Below are positions 1 to 9,052 of a DNA stretch of 64,000 nucleotides, in pieces. The notes below the pieces were generated by a model. The model made no database searches, was not told where the DNA came from, and worked only from the letters and a program-made list of their open reading frames with translations. The position numbers and the translations under genes were made by a program. The stretch comes from Myxococcota bacterium. GTDB taxonomy: Bacteria > Myxococcota > XYA12-FULL-58-9 > JALHOP01. Numbering within the stretch: position 1 is the first letter of the stretch; each line of letters starts with the position of its first letter. The DNA lies in the NCBI GenBank assembly GCA_041288095.1, contig JBGGMJ010000212.1, positions 1 to 64,000 of the forward strand, read 5' to 3'.

Positions 1-168
1 GACGCAGTAGGTACGAAGGCTCGTACATGCCTCGCTGAGATGGAGCTTTCTGCGCGCAACCTCCGCGAGATGCGCGATGACGTGGACACATTCGCCATGC
101 TCCCGCGCGGCGCAAGCCTTCAGGGACACCAAGAGCTCATCAGACGCTAAAGCGGACAAGTCGTTCAT
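1..168 (-). CDS. 5' part of a DUF222-like / HNH endonuclease-type protein (runs off the window edge)
   Basis: Not in the ORF track; my translation from ATG 168 is MNDLSALASDELLVSLKACAAREHGECVHVIAHLAEVARRKLHLSEACTSLRTYCV. This resembles the LSDxELL...HLxEVxxRxL...SLxxYC N-terminus of deltaproteobacterial HNH-associated proteins. AGGA lies upstream. Confidence 0.6.
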   Translation of the reverse strand, partial: MNDLSALASDELLVSLKACAAREHGECVHVIAHLAEVARRKLHLSEACTSLRTYCV

Positions 169-355
169 GACTCATCCTAACACGGGAAATTTTTGCCCCT
201 TTGCAGCCCCGTGGCGCCCCGCAAACGGCCGCGGATGCGAAAATCACGGAAGCCGCCGCGAAAACGTAACAGCGCGCACACCAACGCACGCCAAGGCCAT
301 TTCAGAGCACGTCGGAATCGCTAAGGCGCCAACACCGAAACACGACGTCAACACA

Positions 356-376
356 AAAGTGAAACGAAAGTGAAAC
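356..376. repeat. Direct repeat AAAGTGAAAC x2 (11-nt period)
   Basis: 356-365 and 367-376 are identical, in an A-rich intergenic region. Confidence 0.6.
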
Positions 377-584
377 CGCCGTCGTTTTTTCACACGCCCG
401 CGTACGCAAAATACGCGTTAACGCGCATTTCCAGGTCGTCCGCTATAGCGGCACGGTCCATTGCAAAGCACAACCCTCCGGCCCCGCGCAGCAAGCAGAC
501 TCCAAGGCAAACGCCCGCCCCCGGGTCTCCTCCACCCCCTCGGTGCAGATCCACCGAGGCCCCAAACAGCAGACGCTAAAACGG

Positions 585-630
585 CTCGCAAGTGACGACG
601 AAACGACGCACGAAACGACTCGCAAGTGAC
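585..630. repeat. Nested direct repeats CTCGCAAGTGAC x2 flanking ACGAAACGAC x2
   Basis: 585-596 = 619-630; 598-607 = 610-619. Confidence 0.6.
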
Positions 631-2291
631 TAGCTGCGCGCCAACCCGCCAGTCCAGCTCTTGATGCCAACATGGAAGTGCATGCGGTGTCCGCCGATCT
701 GGATCATGTTGAGCCCAAGCCCGCGGCCGTAGGTCACGAGGTCGGCGTTCGACGAATAGATGAACGCGATGCTGCTGGCGAAGGGCCGCATCGCGAGTAG
801 CTCTTGCTTGCGATGCTCGATCCAATCGGCACGCGTCTGCCCTTCCGCTTCGTCGGGATGCGTGAAGTCGAGCTCCATGCCTACCTGGTGGCCCGAGTGA
901 AACGGATGCGGGCCGCCCTCGCGCTTGCTGTTGTCGTTGGCAAGTACCTCGGAGTCGGGTCGGATGGTTCGCAGATTGCGAGCGAAGTCGATGACGAATT
1001 GGCGGGCGCGCTGCGTGCCCCAGCTCGTCACCGACGAACCGGGCGTGTGGTAGTTGCGCAGACCAATCGTGGGATCGGACTGCAGCTCACCCCAGCGCGG
1101 GCCATCGACCAGATGAGGCGTCTCCTCGGGCGTCCCGAAGAGCGAGCGCGTCATCATCGCGCCCGAGACCAGGGTGGCCGAGCCACCGGCGCGCTCGTGC
1201 AGTCCGCGATAGGAGGCATTGTAGAGCTGCACCGCGGCCTGCGTCGTGGCGTCGTACGTGCGCAGCCGGCGCTCATCGATGAAGAACCCACGCGCCAGCA
1301 ACGCCCGCTGCACGCGCTCGACATCCTCGGGCCGGTTGCGATGACCGGTGGGGCGGAGGACCCAGCGTTTGCGCACCCTCACCAACTTCTGCTCGGGAGC
1401 GACGGTGCTCTCGACGGTGGTTTGAGCGGGTGTGGCCCGGAGCGCCGGGTCGGCTTTCGGGGCGCGCGCTGCATTCCGTAATAGCGTACGCACCGCGGCG
1501 CGATCCGCGGCCCGGCTCGAATGCGCTTGCTCGGACGTTAGTTTGCCGGCGCGGACAGCACGCTCGATGAAATCCCTGTAGCCCTCGAACGCGTCCGCGT
1601 CCCAAGCTCCGGCGGCTCCGCGCGCGCCGGTGGCGAAGCCGAGAGCGCGAAGGTCGCGGCGGACGGAGGTGGCGTCGGCGGTCGAGAGCTGACCGGGGCT
1701 GGCAATGCGGCTCCGCTCCAACGGAGTGGCGACGACGCCGGGGCCCGCGAGGCCCGGGCCCGCGACCGGGGGCTCCGGCTGTTCTCTGGTCGACTCGAGC
1801 TCGCGCCGCCGGTACTCGTCGCACGCGGCTTGCCAGAGCTGGAATTGATAGCGGAGGTCCGGCTCTTCGACGTTCGGCTGGTCGACGAAGCGTCGTGCCC
1901 AGTCGGCATCGATGCCGGCCGCTTCGAGCTCGGCGGCGCGCCGCGTCTTCTGAGCCTCGGCGCGGTTGACGCCGGGTGGGATCCCCTCGATGTCGATGCC
2001 GTCGAGGAAGCGGTGCATCTCGGCGCGAAGCTCGCGGCAGGCGGCGCTACCGCAGGCCATGCGCGGCGCGGCGGCCGGACGCGCCACCGCGGCGGCTAGT
2101 GGGCTTTGGACCTCGACCCTGGTGGGGGTTGGCCGTGGCGGCTCGACGTGGTCGACGCCCGTGTTGAACGGCGAGCCGACGTGCGAGCCGACGTCGGTAC
2201 CCACCCCGCCGAGCGGATCCAGGTGCAGCGCCGCGCTATCGCGCGTCGTTCTTGGACTCGTAATGTCGAGAATGGGGTCGGCCAAAGACAC
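630..2291 (-). CDS. Peptidoglycan-binding domain(s) + MepA-like (LAS) murein endopeptidase, long N-terminal extension, no signal peptide
   Basis: DVERVQRALLARGF...YDATTQAAVQLYN (PG-binding-like); GGPHPFHSGHQVGMELDF and HRMHFHV zinc motifs; GGGAGG RBS before GTG. Confidence 0.75.
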   Translation of the reverse strand: MSLADPILDITSPRTTRDSAALHLDPLGGVGTDVGSHVGSPFNTGVDHVEPPRPTPTRVEVQSPLAAAVARPAAAPRMACGSAACRELRAEMHRFLDGIDIEGIPPGVNRAEAQKTRRAAELEAAGIDADWARRFVDQPNVEEPDLRYQFQLWQAACDEYRRRELESTREQPEPPVAGPGLAGPGVVATPLERSRIASPGQLSTADATSVRRDLRALGFATGARGAAGAWDADAFEGYRDFIERAVRAGKLTSEQAHSSRAADRAAVRTLLRNAARAPKADPALRATPAQTTVESTVAPEQKLVRVRKRWVLRPTGHRNRPEDVERVQRALLARGFFIDERRLRTYDATTQAAVQLYNASYRGLHERAGGSATLVSGAMMTRSLFGTPEETPHLVDGPRWGELQSDPTIGLRNYHTPGSSVTSWGTQRARQFVIDFARNLRTIRPDSEVLANDNSKREGGPHPFHSGHQVGMELDFTHPDEAEGQTRADWIEHRKQELLAMRPFASSIAFIYSSNADLVTYGRGLGLNMIQIGGHRMHFHVGIKSWTGGLARS

Positions 2292-2309
2292 GCCTCCCGA
2301 GAGGGAGAC

Positions 2310-2337
2310 TCATCGGCCGGAAGGCGCCTCGAGTTGC
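2310..2337 (-). promoter_or_regulatory. sigma28-like promoter GCAAC-N15-GCCGATGA
   Basis: Minus strand, 18 nt before the GTG at 2291; its TGA is the stop codon of the upstream HAD gene. Confidence 0.7.
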
Positions 2338-3212
2338 GTGCGACGTTTCTCCAGTAGTTCCGCGAGCTCCTGGGTCTCGACCCAGCGGGCCCCGTTGAAC
2401 ATGAACAGAGTCATGGTCCGGCACATGGCCTCGAGGTCCGCGCCAGCGTCCGCCATTTGCTCGATCAGCATGGGGAAGATCGCTGGGCCACGGCCGGTGC
2501 AGATGGAGAATTCGATGCCGTTGTCGAGCAGCCGCAGCAACAGAGCCATGGCATCGCCGTCGATGCCCTCACCGTGCATGGTCAGCGTGCCGTCGAAGTC
2601 GAACATCAGCGCCCGCGTCGTAGGCCGCCGTCCGGCCGCGCGGGCCGCCAAGATGTCGTCGACGATGCCGTTCGCGATCTCGACCGTGCCAGCGGCGAAG
2701 CGACCGCGCCCTCGGTTATCGACCTGCGGACAGGCCGGCTCGTCTTTGCCGACGTTGTACGAGTTTGGCCCGACGAGGTGTCTGTCGTTGCCCTCGGGAC
2801 CGGCCTTATCACCGAACTTCGCGATGGCGGCGGCCGGCACGGCGAGATGCGCTGCGTATTCGACCAGCGCGTGCCCCTTGTCGACGTTGCCCTCGCCGAT
2901 GAGCACCGCTCCGCCGGCGTCACAGACGTTGACGCCTAGGGCGGCAAGCTTGCCTTGGAGGTGCGCCAGGAGCCCCGTCTTGCCCTCCGAGCCGGGCGGG
3001 ATGAGGAAGCTGTACTGGAACACCCGCTCGGGATGCCGGCTCGAGCCGAAAGCCTCGCGCAACAGCCCTGGGCGTTCGGACTCGCGGTGGATGATCTTGG
3101 TGTCGAGCCAAGGATACTGGCCGGCCGCCGATTGGACGGCGCCCACCACCGCGTCGCACTGCTCGGGAGACAGCGCATGGCGGATAGCTCGGGCTTGGGC
3201 GTCGACGCGCAT
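2310..3212 (-). CDS. Circularly permuted HAD (Cof/PMM-like, IIB) phosphatase
   Basis: Motifs III/IV (VDKGHAL, FGDKAGPEGND) precede motifs I/II (LMFDFDGTLT, ICTGRG, FNGA). Confidence 0.75.
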   Translation of the reverse strand: MRVDAQARAIRHALSPEQCDAVVGAVQSAAGQYPWLDTKIIHRESERPGLLREAFGSSRHPERVFQYSFLIPPGSEGKTGLLAHLQGKLAALGVNVCDAGGAVLIGEGNVDKGHALVEYAAHLAVPAAAIAKFGDKAGPEGNDRHLVGPNSYNVGKDEPACPQVDNRGRGRFAAGTVEIANGIVDDILAARAAGRRPTTRALMFDFDGTLTMHGEGIDGDAMALLLRLLDNGIEFSICTGRGPAIFPMLIEQMADAGADLEAMCRTMTLFMFNGARWVETQELAELLEKRRTQLEAPSGR

Positions 3213-3221
3213 CGTGCCCGA

Positions 3222-3249
3222 ATATCGGCTGGTTGGCCGCGTCGGGTGC
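3222..3249 (-). promoter_or_regulatory. sigma28-like promoter GCACC-N15-GCCGATAT
   Basis: -10 box ends 9 nt before ATG 3212; no RBS. Confidence 0.6.
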
Positions 3250-3258
3250 GCGCGACCC

Positions 3259-4602
3259 TCAGGGAATGGTGAGGCTGTCGACGTGCATGTTGCCGGGCGC
3301 AGCTATGCCGGCGAACGACTGGGCGAAGACGATGACCGCGACCGAGCTCAGGTCGAAGCCGACAGCCATGCTTGCGACCGTCGAGAAGGTGTCGCAGGCG
3401 CCGCCCGCCGTTTCCCATGAGAGCGTGCCGCCGCTCTCGCGGAAGCGCCAGCAGCGGTGCTGGCTCGCGTTGTAAGGGATGTCCGCCAGCACGTTCGAGC
3501 CATTCTGTGCCACCAGCGCGATCAGTCTGTTATTACGGACAAGAAAGAACGCCTCATTGGTCCCGCTCAAGACCCGCAGGACGCTCTCCGTCGAGGTGCT
3601 GGGCGCGAGGACCTGGGTGACGCGAGCCGTGAGCGAACGGTTACGCAGATCGTAGCTGTTGCTCGAGTAGAGGCCGGCGCCACCCGCGACCATGGGCGCC
3701 GGCGACAGCACGATGTCCCCGGCCAATTCGGCGAGCGTCGAGCCGCCGGAGGTGAAGCTGCGATCCCAGAGGGGCCCGATGACGCCGTCATTGAAGTCGT
3801 CGCCGAGCCCGTCGATGGGACAGTTCGAGAGCGCTCCGGCCCCCGGCCCATTGAAATTGTCGACGCGGGCCTGCCCAGGCGACGGCGCCTCCCCACCATC
3901 GGCAACGAGCGCGATGTGCGCGAGGTCGGCCGGGAAGGTGAGTGAAAATGTCGCGAGCTGGTTCCAAGTCGCGCCGTCGGCGCTGACCTCGGCGGCGCCG
4001 TTCTGGGCGTCGAAGACCAACCGCCACCAACGGTGCGCGTCCGCGTCATACGGGACGCTCGTCAGCGCGGTGTAGTCGCCCGCAAAGGTGCCTTGCTCGA
4101 CGACGAGCGAACCCTGGCTTTGGCGCAGGTTCAGATACCCAACGCCATAGCGGATGAGACTCAGCATGAAAAACGCGGTGGTCGTGGTATCGACCATCTC
4201 GACGACCTCGAACGTGACTTGGCCGCCGGCCACCGCGAGCGCCTCGGCCGAGACGTAGCCGGCCGAGCCGTTACCGCCGGTGGGCATCAGGTTGAGCACG
4301 CCGCCGGTCTCGGTGATGACGGCGCTCGTCGCTTGCGGCGCCCAGCCGGGCCCGCGCACCGGATCATCGAAATCGTCGTTGAGACTCGTGAGCGACCCGC
4401 ACGCCGTGCCGCAGCCCTCGTCGACCAGGCCGTCGCAGTCATCGTCCGTCCCGTTGCCGCAGGTCTCACCGGCGAGACAGGGGTCGGCCTCGAGCGCGAG
4501 AGATGTGCTCTCGAAGCCACTACGGCTCATGCACCCCGCGAGGTGTGCGGCCGCTAACACGACGATCGCCGTCAGGTGTCCCGCTGGGCTGCGGGTAAAC
4601 AC
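3259..4602 (-). CDS. Lipoprotein with myxobacterial Cys/Asp metal-binding motif and two tandem beta-sandwich repeats
   Basis: Lipobox LAGC; ETCGNGTDDDCDGLVDEGC; duplicated DDFDD..GPGW / PYDADAHRWWR vs DDFND..GPLW / PYNASQHRCWR. Confidence 0.75.
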   Translation of the reverse strand: MFTRSPAGHLTAIVVLAAAHLAGCMSRSGFESTSLALEADPCLAGETCGNGTDDDCDGLVDEGCGTACGSLTSLNDDFDDPVRGPGWAPQATSAVITETGGVLNLMPTGGNGSAGYVSAEALAVAGGQVTFEVVEMVDTTTTAFFMLSLIRYGVGYLNLRQSQGSLVVEQGTFAGDYTALTSVPYDADAHRWWRLVFDAQNGAAEVSADGATWNQLATFSLTFPADLAHIALVADGGEAPSPGQARVDNFNGPGAGALSNCPIDGLGDDFNDGVIGPLWDRSFTSGGSTLAELAGDIVLSPAPMVAGGAGLYSSNSYDLRNRSLTARVTQVLAPSTSTESVLRVLSGTNEAFFLVRNNRLIALVAQNGSNVLADIPYNASQHRCWRFRESGGTLSWETAGGACDTFSTVASMAVGFDLSSVAVIVFAQSFAGIAAPGNMHVDSLTIP

Positions 4603-4627
4603 AACTTTCCTCCTCGCCGTCCGATAT
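4601..4627 (+). promoter_or_regulatory. sigma28-like promoter ACAACTTT-N11-TCCGATAT
   Basis: Same geometry as TAAAGTTT-N11-GCCGATAA; upstream of the S8-M14 pair. Confidence 0.6.
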
Positions 4628-4651
4628 CTCGCGAGTCCTACCCTACCCTAA

Positions 4652-4675
4652 CTCCAGGTTAGTCCGAACCTGGAG
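4652..4675 (+). promoter_or_regulatory. Perfect 9-bp hairpin in the 5' leader of the subtilase
   Basis: CTCCAGGTT-agtccg-AACCTGGAG. Confidence 0.55.
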
Positions 4676-4689
4676 CCTCAGAGAACATC

Positions 4690-6654
4690 ATGAAAATGTC
4701 TGGTCCCGACCGCTCCGGAATCCCCGGAGGCGGCAGCAGTGTTCCGTCTTCCACGCTCGTCCACCTCAACGGCGTGTCCGTCGATCCGCTCAAGGTCTCG
4801 GGCAAGCCAGGCTTCGCGCCGCCAGACGCTGCTTCGGGTCAGCACATCGTCCAGCTCACTCAGGCCACCGCGCCCGAATTCAAGGCGCAGATCGAGAAGG
4901 CCGGCGGCCGCATCGTCGGCTACTTCCCGGACAACGCCTACCTCGTGCGCATGCGCGGCGACACCGTCAAAGCGGTGAAGGCCCTGCCCTTCGTTCGCGC
5001 CACCATGGCCATGCCGCCCCAGTACAAGCTGGACGGCGAGTTCCGCGCCCGCATCGGCATCGTGCCGGACACCAATCCGAAGTCGGTCGTCATCTCGACC
5101 ACCGGCAACCAGTCGCTCGCCAAGGTCGCGACCGACATGCGGCAGCTGGGCTTCACCAACATCCGCATGGGCCACGACACCGTCGTCGCCGAGGGTACGC
5201 GCGGCATGATCGACCAGGCGTCGCTGCACGACGACGTCCTCTGGATCGGTCCGAACACCGAGGCCGGTTTCGACCTCGACAACATCCGCAAGCTCGGTGG
5301 CGCGGACTACGTCTCCGGCCTTGCCAACACCAGCGGCTTCCAGGGCCAGGGCATGAAGGCGCACATTCTCGAAGGCATCGAGAAGGGTCACCCCGGCTTC
5401 GCGGCTAGCGAGCACCGCCAAGCTCCCATCGTCGTCGGCGGCGCCGGCGCCGAAGAGAGTTCGAGCCACGGCACCAACACCGCCGGCGAAGTCTTCGGCA
5501 ACGGCGCTGGCAAGCCCGAGTGGAAGGGCAGCGTCCCGCATGCCCAGGCGCTCTACACCAACGCCAGCTACGTCATGAACGCTCCTCCCGGCAGCCGCGA
5601 AGCGAACAGCCGCTGGGCCGTCACCAAGGAGCTCGTCGAGAAGCACGACATCGACGGCCAGACGGCGTCGTGGGGCTACGCCACCAACTCGAAGTACGAC
5701 GAGCGCTCGCGCGAGCTCGACGGCATCATGGCGGACTTCGACCTCGTGGTGACGCAGAGCCAGAGCAACACCGGCAGTCCGCAATCGCGGCCGCAGGCAT
5801 GGGCGAAGAACGTCATCCCGGTGACGGCCCTCTATCACTTCGACAACGCGAAGTTCGAGGATGATCGCTGGAACGGCGGCTCGAGCACGCGCGACGGCGC
5901 CGACAAGCGCATTGGCCGCACGCTGCGCGGCTTCTACGACAAGATCGGCACCACCGCCGTCGGCGGTAAGTACACGGCCGAGTTCGGCGGCACCTCCGGG
6001 GCGACGCCGATGACGCAGGGTCTCCTGCAGTCGATGATGCAGATGTACAAGGAAGGCGTCTTCCAGAGCGCCCTCTTGAACCCGTCGTCGTTCCAGATGG
6101 GCAAGCGGGCTCGCGCCGCGACGACGGCCGCCTTGGCCATCGCCACCGCGCGTCAGATGCCGTTCGCCAGCCGCACCGCGGAGAACAACCGCTACCAGCA
6201 GGGCTGGGGCATGGTCGACCTGCAGAAGGTCTACGACATGCGCGGCAAGATGCTCATCGTCAACGAGGACATCGCCTTGAAGCCGCAACAGACCGCGAGC
6301 TTCACGGTCGACGTCGCCGAGGGCGAGCCCGAGCTGAAGATCTCGATGGTCTACAAGGACCCGCCGGGTCTGGTCTCCGCCGGCAAGGCGCAGGTCAACG
6401 ACGTCGACATCAAGGTCACCGCGCCGGACGGCACTGTGTACTGGGGTAACAACGGCCTCCTCGACGGCATGTACAGCAAGTCGGGCGGTGAGCCGGATCG
6501 TCTCGACACCGTCGAGAACGTCTTCGTCGAGAAGCCCAAGGCCGGTCAGTGGAAGATCGAAGTCATCGCGACCGCGATCAACCAGCCCATCAAGGAAGGC
6601 GGCGCTCTCGAAGTGCCCTTCGCCCTGGTCGCCGCCGGCGGACGCAAGGTCTAA
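4690..6654 (+). CDS. S8 subtilisin-like serine protease with C-terminal PPC/KP-43-like domain, no signal peptide
   Basis: SHGTNTAG (His), GGTSGATP (Ser), QQGWGMVDL, C-terminal NDVDIKVTAPDG...DTVENV. Confidence 0.9.
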   Translation: MKMSGPDRSGIPGGGSSVPSSTLVHLNGVSVDPLKVSGKPGFAPPDAASGQHIVQLTQATAPEFKAQIEKAGGRIVGYFPDNAYLVRMRGDTVKAVKALPFVRATMAMPPQYKLDGEFRARIGIVPDTNPKSVVISTTGNQSLAKVATDMRQLGFTNIRMGHDTVVAEGTRGMIDQASLHDDVLWIGPNTEAGFDLDNIRKLGGADYVSGLANTSGFQGQGMKAHILEGIEKGHPGFAASEHRQAPIVVGGAGAEESSSHGTNTAGEVFGNGAGKPEWKGSVPHAQALYTNASYVMNAPPGSREANSRWAVTKELVEKHDIDGQTASWGYATNSKYDERSRELDGIMADFDLVVTQSQSNTGSPQSRPQAWAKNVIPVTALYHFDNAKFEDDRWNGGSSTRDGADKRIGRTLRGFYDKIGTTAVGGKYTAEFGGTSGATPMTQGLLQSMMQMYKEGVFQSALLNPSSFQMGKRARAATTAALAIATARQMPFASRTAENNRYQQGWGMVDLQKVYDMRGKMLIVNEDIALKPQQTASFTVDVAEGEPELKISMVYKDPPGLVSAGKAQVNDVDIKVTAPDGTVYWGNNGLLDGMYSKSGGEPDRLDTVENVFVEKPKAGQWKIEVIATAINQPIKEGGALEVPFALVAAGGRKV

Positions 6655-6659
6655 GGAAC

Positions 6660-8042
6660 ATGAAAGTCACTCGGCAGGAAGACAAGCGCACAGTGTCCGC
6701 TTCGGCGGATACAACCAAGAAGTCCACCGCAGCGAAGGTGGTCAAGGGATTCGGATCGTTGGATGCCGTCGCGCTCGCGGCGGCCAAGAACGACTTCGTG
6801 CCCACCGACCTCCGGCGCGCTCCTCCCGCCGAGCTGCACAAGCGGCTGAACGTCGTCGCCCTGCGCGCGGCGTTGAAAGCAGAATCTGGTGTCGACGCGC
6901 CATCCATCGACCCGCGTTACTTCGACGTGACGCGGGCGGTGGAGCGCATCGACCAAATGGTCGCGAAGTATCCCGCCATCGCGAGCAAGGTCGATTTGTC
7001 GGCGCTTCCGGGCGCGGCCAAGACGCACGAAGGGCGCTCGATTTTCGCGCTCAAGCTCAGCGGCAAGCCGGTCGCGGGTGGCAAGCCCGCGGTGGTCATC
7101 GTGGCGCAGCACCACGCGCGCGAGCTCAACGCCGGTTACATCGCGCAGGCCGCGATGGAGCGCATTGCCTCGGGCTACGGCAAGGACCCCGCCCTCACCA
7201 AGCTCCTCGACGAGCGTGAGGTCTACGTCGTGCCGATCGTCAACGTCGACGGCGTCAACACGGTCTTCAGCGAGGAGCGCTACTGGCGCAAGAACAGGTC
7301 GACCAACAGCGACGGATCACGCGGTGTCGACATCAACCGCAACTATCCCTTTCTCTTCGGCGCTTGTGGCACCTCGGAGCAGGGCTCGTCGGAGGTCTAC
7401 AAGGGTCCGTCGGCGGCTAGCGAGCCGGAAGTCCGCACCATGATGGCGGTGCAACGCGAGCTACGGCCCGAGCTCTACATCGACTTCCACAACCACGGCA
7501 ACGAGGTGCTCGAGCTCTATCCACCGTGCGCTAAAGTGGACAGCGCCGTGAAAGCGATGGACGCGCACTATATCGAGCGCTTGGCCAAGCCCATGGGCTT
7601 CCACTCGCGCGCCCCTTCGGGCTCGGGCGAAGCGCCGCACTGGCACTGGAGCGAAGGTAGCCTCTCCTACCTCATCGAGGTCGGTAGCGCCTTCCAGCCG
7701 CGCGTCGAGGAGACCATCGAGGACGAGAAGAAGGTGTGGCAGGGATTGTCCGCCGCGCTCACCACCTGGGCTCCCGCCGCCCGTGGTCGCATCAGCAGCG
7801 CCGATGGCACGCCCATCCACGCCAAGCTCACGGTGAAGCAGCCGCTCTTCAACCACGGAGAGCACTCGGCGTCGCGCGCCTCCGACGGCCGCTTCAGCCT
7901 GTGGCTGCCAAAGGGCACCTGGGACGTCGAGGTGAGCGCCAAAGGCCACGTGTCCAAGGTGGTTCAAGTGAAGGTCGAGGCCTACGATCAAGCCATGACG
8001 CTCGACGTCAAGCTCGACCGAGCCGCCGACAAGGTCGCCTGA
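6660..8042 (+). CDS. M14 zinc carboxypeptidase (CPT-like) with C-terminal carboxypeptidase regulatory-like domain, no signal peptide
   Basis: HHARE, WRKNR, GVDINRNY, DFHNHG, IEVG; start re-called at ATG 6660 after AAGGAA. Confidence 0.9.
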   Translation: MKVTRQEDKRTVSASADTTKKSTAAKVVKGFGSLDAVALAAAKNDFVPTDLRRAPPAELHKRLNVVALRAALKAESGVDAPSIDPRYFDVTRAVERIDQMVAKYPAIASKVDLSALPGAAKTHEGRSIFALKLSGKPVAGGKPAVVIVAQHHARELNAGYIAQAAMERIASGYGKDPALTKLLDEREVYVVPIVNVDGVNTVFSEERYWRKNRSTNSDGSRGVDINRNYPFLFGACGTSEQGSSEVYKGPSAASEPEVRTMMAVQRELRPELYIDFHNHGNEVLELYPPCAKVDSAVKAMDAHYIERLAKPMGFHSRAPSGSGEAPHWHWSEGSLSYLIEVGSAFQPRVEETIEDEKKVWQGLSAALTTWAPAARGRISSADGTPIHAKLTVKQPLFNHGEHSASRASDGRFSLWLPKGTWDVEVSAKGHVSKVVQVKVEAYDQAMTLDVKLDRAADKVA

Positions 8043-8077
8043 TCGCCCTGACCTGCCGGCACTGCACTCTTTTAGGC

Positions 8078-8104
8078 GCAAGGTAGGCTCAGCGTTGCCG
8101 ATAC
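8078..8104 (+). promoter_or_regulatory. sigma28-like promoter GCAAG-N14-GCCGATAC
   Basis: -10 box ends 8 nt before in-frame GTG 8113. Confidence 0.7.
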
Positions 8105-8112
8105 GCTTCGCC

Positions 8113-9024
8113 GTGTCGGCCTTGCCTGGTCTCCCGGCTCCTCAGCGGTCCCCGTCCGCGGTGCACCTCGCCGAGGCGCGCCCGGCCGAAACCAAGCTCG
8201 CGTACCTGCCGCCGGCCAAACTAGACCTCCTCGAGGACCGCGCGGCCCACGACAAAGAGGTCACCGCCTCGCGTCGCCAGGCCTTTCGTCGCTCGGCGGT
8301 CGTTTGGCTAGGCGCCATGGTGGCGAGCGGGCTCGCCGGCTACGGCTTGGGTCTCGCCTTCGGCGGCATCTCCGGCTGGCTCAACGCCACCGGCGTCATC
8401 AACGACCCCAAGTTCCACGAAACGCTGAAGCGGATCTTCGACCCGACGTTGTTCGCGGTAGTCGGCATGTTCACGGCAGGCGTCGCCTCGTTCTTCAACG
8501 AGAACATCACTGGTCCGTTGCGGCCGTTGACCACGCGTTGGGTGATGAGCCGCAGCCCCGAGAAGGTGAAGCTCGACCCGGAGGTGCAGCGCGAGCTCAT
8601 TCATAGCTGGCAGGCCGAGCAGACCGTGGATGCGCGCGTCCTCGCCGGCCGCTGGAACGTCACCGAGATGTGCATGGCGTGGAAGCTCACCTTCCGCGAG
8701 GTAGCGCGCGCCATGCGCGCCGGCGACATCGAGGGCGCGGCGGCCTTCCTCGGCGGCGACCTCATCTCCTCAGAGACGCTGTGGTTCTGGGTCGTGCCGT
8801 CGAGCGACGCCATCTTCGATCTGGTGCGCAAGCCGATCTCGCCCTACCTGCGGAACGTGAGCGAAGCCGATCTGGCGCGTCTGAAGGAAGCGACCCTCGC
8901 CTATGTCCGTCAAAACAGACGAGAGATCGCGGACCCGGCGCGCCTCGGCATCGACGGCGCTTTGAGCGAATACTACGCGCCGGTCATCGATCAGCTTTTG
9001 AAGCGGGCACCCCGTGCGCCTTGA
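8113..9024 (+). CDS. Hypothetical protein with hydrophobic hairpin (one copy of an unknown domain)
   Basis: Two hydrophobic segments; FDPTLFAVVG and RAGDIEGAAAFLG shared with the next gene; start re-called from 8095. Confidence 0.7.
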   Translation: MSALPGLPAPQRSPSAVHLAEARPAETKLAYLPPAKLDLLEDRAAHDKEVTASRRQAFRRSAVVWLGAMVASGLAGYGLGLAFGGISGWLNATGVINDPKFHETLKRIFDPTLFAVVGMFTAGVASFFNENITGPLRPLTTRWVMSRSPEKVKLDPEVQRELIHSWQAEQTVDARVLAGRWNVTEMCMAWKLTFREVARAMRAGDIEGAAAFLGGDLISSETLWFWVVPSSDAIFDLVRKPISPYLRNVSEADLARLKEATLAYVRQNRREIADPARLGIDGALSEYYAPVIDQLLKRAPRAP

Positions 9025-9052
9025 GTGGCGGCCGCACGCCGCCGGCTCGACG

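Noticed and set aside
449..465. sigma54-like CGGCACGGTCCATTGCA
   Set aside because: GG to GC spacing is 11, not 10, and no plus-strand gene follows.
77..825. Short ORFs 77-373, 370-579, 418-825, 443-673
   Set aside because: No motifs and atypical composition; they overlap the better-supported minus-strand genes or non-coding repeats.
1966..6288. Long antisense ORFs 1966-3420 and 4678-6288 (likewise 19077-20423, 32070-33773, 45110-46864)
   Set aside because: Shadow frames of motif-bearing genes, expected at high GC.
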